The translations under genes and the position numbers were made by a program. A stretch of DNA of 20,014 bases from Candidatus Dadabacteria bacterium (GTDB lineage: Bacteria; Desulfobacterota_D; UBA1144; Nemesobacterales; CSP1-2). The DNA lies in contig PSLL01000040.1 of NCBI GenBank assembly GCA_040289575.1, positions 728 to 20,741 on the forward strand, given 5' to 3'. Below are positions 9,491-17,093 of this stretch, one piece after another. Positions within the stretch are counted from its first letter, which is position 1. Each line of letters starts with the position of its first letter. The notes under the pieces are model-generated. The model saw nothing but the letters and a program-made list of their open reading frames with translations. It had not been told where the DNA came from and did no database searches.

Positions 9491-10342
9491 CTATTCTTTG
9501 CCATGATAATGTTCCTTGTGGCCTTCATAGTGCTCCAGAGGAAGCTTTACTCTATATTTACACACCTCGCAGTTCATAAATGTTGCTCCTCTTATAGCTT
9601 CATCAGCCCTCTCTACCATAAGCTTCACGAGATTGGGATGTACACCTAGGTAATCGCACAGTAGAAATTCAATCTTTGAATAGGTTGATTTCACCTCCAA
9701 TACTCTCTGCTGAATCCGCTTTACAAGAACGCCGGTAAAGAGAAAATATGGAAGGATTATCACACGCTTTGCCCCTAGAGAAACACACCTGCGAACCCCC
9801 TCAAAGAAATTCGGAAAAGTCACACCTATAAAGCACACCTCAACGTATTTGAATCTTCTCACTTCCCAAAATAGTCTTGCTATTTTATAAAGATCGCCAT
9901 TGGCATCAGGATCGCTTGATCCACGGCCCACGATTAGAACGGCTGTATCACTTCTGTCAGAAGGTGGTGAACTTGATTCAGCTTTTTCTATAATTTCACC
10001 CAGGATTTCTAAAATTAGAGGATTTACTCCAAAGGGTCTCCCATAGTAGAATTTTACGTAAGGATATCTTTCTCTTGCGACATCAAGCTCATGCGGAAGG
10101 TCAATCTTTACATGGCTTGCGGCAAAGAGAATCACAGGAAGCATTATAATTTGTCTTGCCCCTTGAGTAACACATTTGGCAATCCCTTCCTGAACAAGTG
10201 GCTCAGCAAGCTCTATAAAACAGGACTCAATCATCACCTTATCGTTAGAAGCCACTCGTACAGCTTCAGCAAACTTTAAAAACTCAGCATTTCCCTCAGG
10301 GTCACGGCTCCCATGCCCTACTAATAAAATCGCTTCCCTCAA
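9491..10342 (-). CDS. cbiX: Sirohydrochlorin cobaltochelatase, long-form CbiX
   Basis: LVGHGSR, FIELAEP, ASHVK.D.P, GRGSSDPDAN, PYFLFTGVL; C-terminal MNCEVC plus His-containing tail. TTG start overlapping the cobO stop. Confidence 0.93.
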   Translation of the reverse strand: MREAILLVGHGSRDPEGNAEFLKFAEAVRVASNDKVMIESCFIELAEPLVQEGIAKCVTQGARQIIMLPVILFAASHVKIDLPHELDVARERYPYVKFYYGRPFGVNPLILEILGEIIEKAESSSPPSDRSDTAVLIVGRGSSDPDANGDLYKIARLFWEVRRFKYVEVCFIGVTFPNFFEGVRRCVSLGAKRVIILPYFLFTGVLVKRIQQRVLEVKSTYSKIEFLLCDYLGVHPNLVKLMVERADEAIRGATFMNCEVCKYRVKLPLEHYEGHKEHYHGKE

Positions 10343-10875
10343 TATTCAATTCCTCTCCTTGCTTCCAAACCGTCTTTATATGGATGTTTAATCTCAACCA
10401 TCTCCGTAACAAGATCAGCTATATCAATTATCTCCTTTGGCGCACGCCTTCCAGTTAGAATTAATTCCAAATTCTCAGGCTTACTTTTGATTAGATCTAT
10501 AACTTCCTCAATCCCGATAAACCCATAATCCAGCGCAAGATTTATCTCATCAAGAATTAGCAAATCAAAATCGCCTTTTTCTATAACGTCTTTTGCAAAG
10601 TATAAAGCCCGGTGTACCGCTTCTTTTGATTCTTCTGATTTTCTTTTTACAGGTACATAAATTTTCCCCTCTGGAATGGGTGGCGTACCGAATTGATGGA
10701 TTTCAAATATCTTTGTATTTTCAGCAAAGAGATGCTCTCCGCATTTAGAATTCCTTTTTAAAAACTGAATCACGCATACTTTAAGTCCATGTCCTATTGC
10801 CCTTAGGGCAAGTCCAAGCGATGCGGTCGTTTTTCCTTTTCCATTCCCAGTGTAGACCTGAGTAATTCCTTTCAT
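10339..10875 (-). CDS. cobO: Cob(I)yrinic acid a,c-diamide adenosyltransferase (CobO/BtuR/CobA type)
   Basis: VYTGNGKGKTTASLGLALRA.GHG, QFLK, ILDEI, ELILTGR, ADLVTEM..IKHP, GIEY. Confidence 0.96.
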   Translation of the reverse strand: MKGITQVYTGNGKGKTTASLGLALRAIGHGLKVCVIQFLKRNSKCGEHLFAENTKIFEIHQFGTPPIPEGKIYVPVKRKSEESKEAVHRALYFAKDVIEKGDFDLLILDEINLALDYGFIGIEEVIDLIKSKPENLELILTGRRAPKEIIDIADLVTEMVEIKHPYKDGLEARRGIEY

Positions 10876-11540
10876 TCCTTACCTCGAATTATTAAAAGCG
10901 AGAAATATTCTCCTTCTTCTACTTCCCTTGCTTTAACCACTTTCCCTTCTTTAAAACAAAGAACATCCTTTCCTATACTTTCTGCTATAAGGATGGCCTC
11001 TTTAACAAAGTTGGTCGGTTTCACAATAATCACGGTCTCACAAGCAGAGATAATTTCTCTTAGTCCACCCAATCCGTATGCAAGGGGAAAGATTGCTACC
11101 TTTTCAGAACCAATAGCCAAAGGAACCAGAGCAGAAGCAGATGCTGTGCTAAGTGATGTAATACCTGGAATGACTTCTACCTCTAGCTGTTTGTCTTTAA
11201 GAAACCCTATAAGCCTTCCCCCTGTCCCGTAAAGAAACGGATCGCCTATGCATAGAAAAATCACCTTTTTGCCTTCTCGCGCCTCTTTTAGAATCTCAAT
11301 AGAAGCCAATCTGTCATATTCTTCTATCACGCTTTCATCTTTAACCATTGGGAAATAGAGCTTTCTTATCTCCTGAGCTGAAGACAAAAATCTGAAGACA
11401 ATGCTTAAAGCCCTGCTTTTTCCACCTTTACGTCCTGTAGGGGTAAAAATCACATCTGCTTCCTTAATTCTTTCTAAAGCCTTAAGCGTGATTAAACCCT
11501 CATCTCCAGGCCCCACACCTACGATTGAAATCATGCTCAT
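10872..11540 (-). CDS. cbiL: Cobalt-sirohydrochlorin (factor II) C20-methyltransferase
   Basis: VGVGPGD..LITLKA, L.FPM, GDPFLYGT, VIPGITS, terminal YFSL; CbiL/CobI pattern, and the only tetrapyrrole methylase role otherwise unfilled in the operon. Confidence 0.88.
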   Translation of the reverse strand: MSMISIVGVGPGDEGLITLKALERIKEADVIFTPTGRKGGKSRALSIVFRFLSSAQEIRKLYFPMVKDESVIEEYDRLASIEILKEAREGKKVIFLCIGDPFLYGTGGRLIGFLKDKQLEVEVIPGITSLSTASASALVPLAIGSEKVAIFPLAYGLGGLREIISACETVIIVKPTNFVKEAILIAESIGKDVLCFKEGKVVKAREVEEGEYFSLLIIRGKE

Positions 11541-11544
11541 TGTC

Positions 11545-12942
11545 TTATCCCTGCCCTTTTATCTTTATACAACACTCCACTGCATTTTTAATTCTTTCTG
11601 GAATCCTTTTTGCCACCTCAGGATTTGAAGCAAGATGGATATGGGTATATGAAGCCAATGTGTTTTTAAAATACAGACCGTCTTTCCCAATTCCTCCCGC
11701 TGAGCTTAATACTCTATAAGAAAAATTCAGATCCGATCTAGGTATAAGCTCCGAATAATGAAACTCATGGCCCTTCATCCTATCCCTCCTATCAAATAAA
11801 CTCACCCTTTTTTCTACAAAAACCTCTCTGTAGCCAAGCACCCTGAGTTCCGGTCTCATAACCGTCTTTATAGGCAAAACGCCAACCATATTAAACCCCT
11901 TTTCATCAACTGTCTCTATCTGCTCACCCAGATACATAAGCCCCCCGCACTCGGCATAAACGGACTTGCCCGAAATTACAAAATTCCTTATCTCTTCCTT
12001 TAGGTTTGAGTTTTTCTCAAGAACATCAGCGTAGACCTCAGGGAAACCCCCACCGATGTAAATCCCATCAAGATTTGAGGGAAGCCTCTCATCCCTCATG
12101 GGAGAAAAAGGGATGATTTCACAACCGTAAAATATCAAAAGATCGAGATTATCCTCGTAGTAAAAAGAAAATGCCTCGTCTCTGGCAAGTCCAACCCTCA
12201 CTATATTTTCCTTGGGTCCACCTATAAAAACTGTTTTCCCATAAGGGGGTATCTGTGGAGAGCTTTTTGCAATCTTAACAAAGGACTCTAAATCAATATG
12301 ATTTTCTAAAAGCGCTGCGATCTTTTCAGCCTTATTAATTAGATCAGATTTCTCTACAGCCGGAATAAGCCCCAGATGGCGCTCCTCAATGGATACCTCC
12401 TCTCTTCTTGGAATTCCACCCAAAACTCGGATTCCAGTTCTCTGCTCGATTCTCCCTTTTACATGATTAAAGTGGGCTTCCCCGCCAACTCCGTTCAGTA
12501 TTACTCCCTCGATTCTTACCTCAGGGTCAAATAACTTGAACCCCAAAACGGTTGCCGCAATGGAGGTTGAACTCCCTCCTACATTTACAACAAGAATAAC
12601 AGGGGCTTTTAAGACTCGTGATAAGTGGGCGGTGCTTCCCCTATCATCGGGATAAGCCCCATCGAAAAGACCCATGACCCCCTCTATTATGGATAAATCA
12701 GCCCCGGCCGAATTCCTATCAAAAAGCTCGAGCACCACACCTTCATTCAACATCCACAGATCGAGGTTTCTTCCCTTTCTACCCGTAAAGATCTCATAAT
12801 ATGACGGGTCAATATAATCAGGACCAGTTTTAAACCCCTGAACCTTAAGCCCTCTTTTTGAGAAGGCTTTCATTAGTCCAAGTGTGATTGTCGTTTTGCC
12901 AGAGCCGCTTTCTTCACCAGCAATTATGATTCTGGAAGACAA
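11545..12942 (-). CDS. cbiA: Cobyrinate a,c-diamide synthase
   Basis: SGSGKTT P-loop, FKTGPDYIDP, IEGVMGLFDG, ERHLGL, DEAFSFYY, GGGFPE, YAECGGLMYL, GHEFHYS, ASYTHIH; TTG start after an AAGGGGGA RBS. Confidence 0.96.
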   Translation of the reverse strand: MSSRIIIAGEESGSGKTTITLGLMKAFSKRGLKVQGFKTGPDYIDPSYYEIFTGRKGRNLDLWMLNEGVVLELFDRNSAGADLSIIEGVMGLFDGAYPDDRGSTAHLSRVLKAPVILVVNVGGSSTSIAATVLGFKLFDPEVRIEGVILNGVGGEAHFNHVKGRIEQRTGIRVLGGIPRREEVSIEERHLGLIPAVEKSDLINKAEKIAALLENHIDLESFVKIAKSSPQIPPYGKTVFIGGPKENIVRVGLARDEAFSFYYEDNLDLLIFYGCEIIPFSPMRDERLPSNLDGIYIGGGFPEVYADVLEKNSNLKEEIRNFVISGKSVYAECGGLMYLGEQIETVDEKGFNMVGVLPIKTVMRPELRVLGYREVFVEKRVSLFDRRDRMKGHEFHYSELIPRSDLNFSYRVLSSAGGIGKDGLYFKNTLASYTHIHLASNPEVAKRIPERIKNAVECCIKIKGQG

Positions 12943-13011
12943 GTTTCTATTCCCCCTTGAGAGAAAATACTATAATCCCTCCAAGACAGTTAAAGTCCAG
13001 GAGAGATCGTT

Positions 13012-13785
13012 CTACTGTTTGACACCCTCCAGTAAGTGAATTATTACGCCATTTATCCCGGGTAAAAGGTAGATAACAACTCCCGCAATTATAATGGCAA
13101 ATCCAGCGTAACGGAGAAGCCGTTTTGAGTAGAATCTCTTAAGAACAAAACCAATGACCATTCCACCAGTCAACACAGCAAAGGCAGAAATAAGACAACC
13201 CACTGAAAAAAGTAGAAACGACCAATTGACAACAGTGTAAGAATCCCTATCCATTAAGGCATTACCCTCGATAGCAGCAAACACACCGACAATAATCAAG
13301 CTCAGCAATAGTGGCAAAGGCTGGCGGAGGGCCAAAATTGATCCTAGGATAAGAACCGAGGCTAAAATCCACTGCTCAAGAAATGGCACTGCAATTCCAT
13401 TCACATTTAGCAATCCACCGATTAACATAAGAAAACCAAATGCCCCGGGCACAGCCCACAGTGCTCCTCCTCCGAGTTGTACAGCCATCAGACCAACTCC
13501 CAAGGCCACCAGCAGATGGTCAACACCGTGAATCGGCATGGAGAGCCCTTGAATAAATGGCATACCTGTCATCCACTCTGCATGATGTGCGAATGCATCA
13601 GAGGGCGTTAAAATAAGAAATAGAACGGTAATAAACAAAGTAAACACGATGCCTAAAGTCTGTTTACTAATTGCACCGTTTTGTCCCCCGTTCTCATTTG
13701 CCTTTGGTATAGGATTTAAGACCGCTGAAAAGTAAACCGAAGTTACAACCCACAATAGACAATTAAGTAAATAAAAATCCACCAC
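13012..13785 (-). CDS. HupE/UreJ-family Ni/Co transporter, probably cobalt uptake
   Basis: AFAH followed by GL..P..G.DHLL, W.VP..F...M..GG, P..E..I..SV..LG; multiple TM segments; first gene after a B12 riboswitch; strong AAGGAGGT RBS before GTG. Confidence 0.85.
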   Translation of the reverse strand: MVDFYLLNCLLWVVTSVYFSAVLNPIPKANENGGQNGAISKQTLGIVFTLFITVLFLILTPSDAFAHHAEWMTGMPFIQGLSMPIHGVDHLLVALGVGLMAVQLGGGALWAVPGAFGFLMLIGGLLNVNGIAVPFLEQWILASVLILGSILALRQPLPLLLSLIIVGVFAAIEGNALMDRDSYTVVNWSFLLFSVGCLISAFAVLTGGMVIGFVLKRFYSKRLLRYAGFAIIIAGVVIYLLPGINGVIIHLLEGVKQ

Positions 13786-13933
13786 TATCTACCTCCTTCG
13801 GAATTTTATGAATTATCCTCAGGAGATAGATAGAATTGAGGTATAAACATCTTAGTGAAAGCTTATCAGGACAGTTGGGATGAATGGAGAATAAATTTAA
13901 GAAGTCAAGAACCATCGGCCTATCTCCCGAGGC
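13785..13933 (-). promoter_or_regulatory. Riboswitch expression platform: SD-sequestering hairpin and competing helix
   Basis: Anti-SD CTATCTATCTCCT (13833-13821) pairs over 13 nt (one G-U) with AGGAGGTAGATAG (13797-13785). CCTCGGGAGATAGG (13932-13919) can alternatively pair over 14 nt (two G-U) with TCTATCTCCTGAGG (13830-13817). Confidence 0.85.
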
Positions 13934-13942
13934 AATTCTTAG

Positions 13943-14146
13943 GTTTAGGTAGGTCTTCCGGCTTCTGGGCTGAAATTCTCTTACTGCTTTCCACTTCCCT
14001 AGCCTTCCCAGAGTGGAAGCTTTTCACCCCTCAACTCCAGTGGCCTGAAGCCTTGTTACAGAGGCTTCAATCGAAAAATGGATTTTATACCCAGTTACGG
14101 CTGCGGGAACAGCTCAGGATTTTCACCTGATTCCCTTAACCTAACT
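13943..14146 (-). ncRNA. Cobalamin (AdoCbl-class) riboswitch aptamer
   Basis: Minus strand reads AGGTTAAGGGAATCAGGTGAAAATCCTGAGCTGTTCCCGCAGCCGTAA...GCCACTGG...CTGGGAAGGC...AGAAGCCGGAAGACCTACC. These match the AGGGAA, GGTG.AA.TCC, CCCGC, GCCACTG, GGGAAG and B12-box elements, directly upstream of a cob operon. Ends approximate. Confidence 0.96.
14115..14141 (+). repeat. 27-bp direct repeat, copy 1 (inside the riboswitch 5' core)
   Basis: caggattttcacctgattcccttaacc, identical to 19888-19914. Confidence 0.95.
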
Positions 14147-14157
14147 TTGTAATTAAT

Positions 14158-14186
14158 ATCCTATAACCTTCTCAATGATTTGTCAA
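14158..14186 (-). promoter_or_regulatory. Sigma70-type promoter of the riboswitch/cob operon
   Basis: TTGACA (14186-14181), 17-nt spacer, TAGGAT (14163-14158), about 12 nt upstream of the aptamer's 5' strand. Confidence 0.8.
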
Positions 14187-14327
14187 GAGCAGGATTAGAA
14201 ATTAAGGAGTTTGTCTAGGAGGTTACCAAAATGCTTCTTATAACTGCCCGTGAGTCTTTGTCTCTGTGATTAATCCCGACCCCGCTTCCTTTCCTTTTTT
14301 CTTACAAATAGTTTTCATACAGTTATT

Positions 14328-15110
14328 CTATATATCTAAGAGATTATGGTTCTTATAAATCAAGTATAAACCCAAAATGATGATAAACCAACCAAACATT
14401 TTTGTCAGCTTATGTTCAGGCATTCGGCCGGCCAGTGCCGTGCCGGAGAAAATACCAATCATACCACCAAGAACAAAGAGCTCCATAATCCTAGAATCTA
14501 TAACACCAAAGCTAAGATGTCCCAGGAAACCCGAGACGGATACCATAGTAATGACAAGGAGTGAGGTCCCTATAGCCGAATGAGCCGGGAAATTCCACCT
14601 AAGTACAAGAGCCGGTACAATCAGAAATCCACCACCTATTCCAAAAAAGCCCGTCAAGAGTCCCACCACAAAACCAATAGCTATAAAACCAAGCCAACCC
14701 TTTTGTGTGTAAACTCCGCACGGCGTACTTAGTCCACTAGATTGACTGGTATTACCCTTCCTTAACATACTTAGCCCCATCACTATCATAAGCAAACCAA
14801 AGAAAAAAAGGATAACTTTGTCGTCAATAAGATGATTCAACCAAACACCGGGAATTGCACCAACCATAGATACGAATCCAAAGACGAAACCGCTTTTGAT
14901 TCGTACGTTTCCTCTACGGCTATGCGCCAGTACACCTAATAGAGCACTTGCGCCGACAATAGCAAGTGATGTCCCTATAGCAGAGTGAACATCCTCACCA
15001 ATCACGTAAACAAGAATAGGAACTGTAAGAATCGAGCCACCTCCACCTAAGAGCCCCAATAGAAAGCCGATAAAACTGCCAAAGGCCAGAGAGAGAACGA
15101 CTTGGTCCAT
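14328..15110 (-). CDS. Sulfite exporter TauE/SafE family membrane protein
   Basis: Duplicated motifs GLLGGGGSILTVP..AIGTSL and GFFGIGGGFLIVP..AIGTSL; about 8 hydrophobic segments. Confidence 0.92.
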   Translation of the reverse strand: MDQVVLSLAFGSFIGFLLGLLGGGGSILTVPILVYVIGEDVHSAIGTSLAIVGASALLGVLAHSRRGNVRIKSGFVFGFVSMVGAIPGVWLNHLIDDKVILFFFGLLMIVMGLSMLRKGNTSQSSGLSTPCGVYTQKGWLGFIAIGFVVGLLTGFFGIGGGFLIVPALVLRWNFPAHSAIGTSLLVITMVSVSGFLGHLSFGVIDSRIMELFVLGGMIGIFSGTALAGRMPEHKLTKMFGWFIIILGLYLIYKNHNLLDI

Positions 15111-15144
15111 ATTAAAACCCTCTCTCGTTAATCATCACATATAT

Positions 15145-16443
15145 TTATTCAACTCTGAACTTTTTACCTCTATAAATTAGGGTTTCATGCATAAATTTCG
15201 CTACTTCTACTCCGGAAATAAATGTTAAAGCGCCTATAGTACCAATTGCCCACGAAATACCAAATCTATCTGCAATTATTCCAGAGAGAAGCGCCCCAAA
15301 AGCATATCCCATATCCCTCCAAAACCGATAAACTCCTACTGATGATGCTCTTAACTCGGGGTGAACTACATCGCTTACCGCTGCAAGTAGGGTTGGATAA
15401 ACAAGGGCTGTTCCTAAGCCCAAGAGAACCGAGCCTGTTATCCAAGCTCCAAAGCTTCTGGTCAGTAGTACTACACATATTCCTAGAGCTTGAACCCACA
15501 TTCCCACTGCAATCATCCACTTTCTACCTAATTTATCACTAAGAGCCCCTGTCCAAAGCTGTAGAATCCCCCATGTAGCTGGATAAGCAGCCGAAATTAT
15601 TCCGATCCTACTGACACCCAACCCGGTAGAGACAAAGAACAAAGGAAAAAGTCCCCATGCCATACCGTCGTTGAGATTGTTTACCAAACCAGCTTGGCTT
15701 ATACTGAATAGAACCTTATTCTTCCAACTCGTGATGAAGAAAATCTCTTTAAATGATAACTCCTTTCTTTGTCTATGAACTGAAATTTCATTAGTAGTAC
15801 TATCTTCAACAAACTTTAGCCCAAAGTTTGTTGCCTCGTGCTGGGCATGGCTTTGGGTTTCTTTAATAAAAAAAGCAGAAAGAATAAAACCCAACAGAGT
15901 AAAGGCTATACCGAGGTAAAAAGGTTGGGGGCGTAAAGCATATAAAGCAGCAATATATCCGGTTGCTAAAGCAGAAAGAGACACGGAAATATACCCGGCA
16001 AACTCGTTTAGTCCCATTGCAAGCCCTCTTTGGTGAGGTCCTGCAAGATCAATCTTCATTATGACTGTCATTGACCAGCAAAGCCCTTGATTTATACCGA
16101 GTAAAATATTTGCAAAGATAATCCAATTCCATCCAGGAGCCAATATTATGAGAAAAGGTACGGGAAGTCCTATAATCCAGCCTACTAAAAGAACCTTTTT
16201 TCGCCCTAAGTAATCGGAAAATCGCCCGGCGAAAAGATTGCTCAAGGCTTTAACAATACCAAAGCTTACTATGAACGAGAGGGTAAGGCTTTTAGATACG
16301 AGTCCAAAATCCCTCTCAGCAATTAAAGGAACTATAGTTCGCTCTAGCCCTACCATTCCTCCAACAAAGGCATTAATAAGTACCAAAAGAGAAAATTGAC
16401 CGAGGTTTTCCCTTAGCCCGAGTGTTATTTCACGGTTAGACAT
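15145..16443 (-). CDS. MFS transporter
   Basis: Motif A in both halves (GRFSDYLGRKKVL; GALSDKLGRKWMI); about 12 TM segments. The LGLREN..QF.LLV.INAFVGGMVGLER N-terminus is typical of MFS proteins found near rhodanese clusters. Confidence 0.92.
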   Translation of the reverse strand: MSNREITLGLRENLGQFSLLVLINAFVGGMVGLERTIVPLIAERDFGLVSKSLTLSFIVSFGIVKALSNLFAGRFSDYLGRKKVLLVGWIIGLPVPFLIILAPGWNWIIFANILLGINQGLCWSMTVIMKIDLAGPHQRGLAMGLNEFAGYISVSLSALATGYIAALYALRPQPFYLGIAFTLLGFILSAFFIKETQSHAQHEATNFGLKFVEDSTTNEISVHRQRKELSFKEIFFITSWKNKVLFSISQAGLVNNLNDGMAWGLFPLFFVSTGLGVSRIGIISAAYPATWGILQLWTGALSDKLGRKWMIAVGMWVQALGICVVLLTRSFGAWITGSVLLGLGTALVYPTLLAAVSDVVHPELRASSVGVYRFWRDMGYAFGALLSGIIADRFGISWAIGTIGALTFISGVEVAKFMHETLIYRGKKFRVE

Positions 16444-16459
16444 AAGATTAAATTTTAGG

Positions 16460-17074
16460 TTAGATTTTTAAGCCCTTATTCAAGGCTTCTTTTTTGGTTT
16501 GCTGTGCTTCTATTGGGCTTTCTGACGTGTATACTTCTTCTCGCTGTTCAATTCGTGTTAACCACCAAAGCGCTGTAGTAAGTAGGGCCGCCCAGATTAG
16601 GGCTGTTGATAGCACTGGCGAGCCCAATATCGAGGGAATCGTGATCTTGCCGAAATTCGCTGTCTCGATGAAAATCGACTTAAGTAAAGGATAGGCAAAG
16701 ATAAAAACAAGCGCTCCGACCAAGCCGCCTAATACAGCCAAAACACCCTCGCCAATGCCTGACCCCAAACCTACAACCGCTGTACCCCGACAATACTCTC
16801 CAAGCGCTATACCAATTCCAAAGATTAGACCCCCTACTGTTACACCCCACAAGTATAGGGGTTTGACTTTGAAGTGTGCTACCTCCGGTGCCAATGCCCA
16901 AAGTATATGTGTTCCGATGGTACCCACGATGATTGCTGTGAGCATAACCTTGAGCATCGTAAAATCCCTCAGCCATAGACCGCGATACACAATATTACAC
17001 CTACTAAAGCCGGCTCGATGTAGTGCGAATCCAAATACAATTCCTGTTATCAGACCTAAAATAAGGGTCATCAT
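16460..17074 (-). CDS. YeeE/YedE-family sulfur-compound transporter subunit (possibly degenerate)
   Basis: G..FGF.L.R, DFTMLKVM..AI, GG.IFGIG.AL..YC.GT; the usual G(G/Y)CPG motif reads EYCRG. Confidence 0.82.
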   Translation of the reverse strand: MMTLILGLITGIVFGFALHRAGFSRCNIVYRGLWLRDFTMLKVMLTAIIVGTIGTHILWALAPEVAHFKVKPLYLWGVTVGGLIFGIGIALGEYCRGTAVVGLGSGIGEGVLAVLGGLVGALVFIFAYPLLKSIFIETANFGKITIPSILGSPVLSTALIWAALLTTALWWLTRIEQREEVYTSESPIEAQQTKKEALNKGLKI

Positions 17075-17093
17075 AGGATTTCCCTCCTATTTA

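Noticed and set aside
14046..14069. Perfect inverted repeat TGAAGCCT-N8-AGGCTTCA as an operator or terminator
   Set aside because: It lies inside the aptamer's variable region and is best explained as a peripheral riboswitch stem.
13855..14130. 91-aa plus-strand ORF in the hupE-tauE intergenic region
   Set aside because: It is the antisense of the cobalamin riboswitch and has no protein features.
14271..14302. T-rich tract after tauE as an intrinsic terminator
   Set aside because: The T-run is on the plus strand (wrong orientation for tauE) and has no convincing preceding stem.
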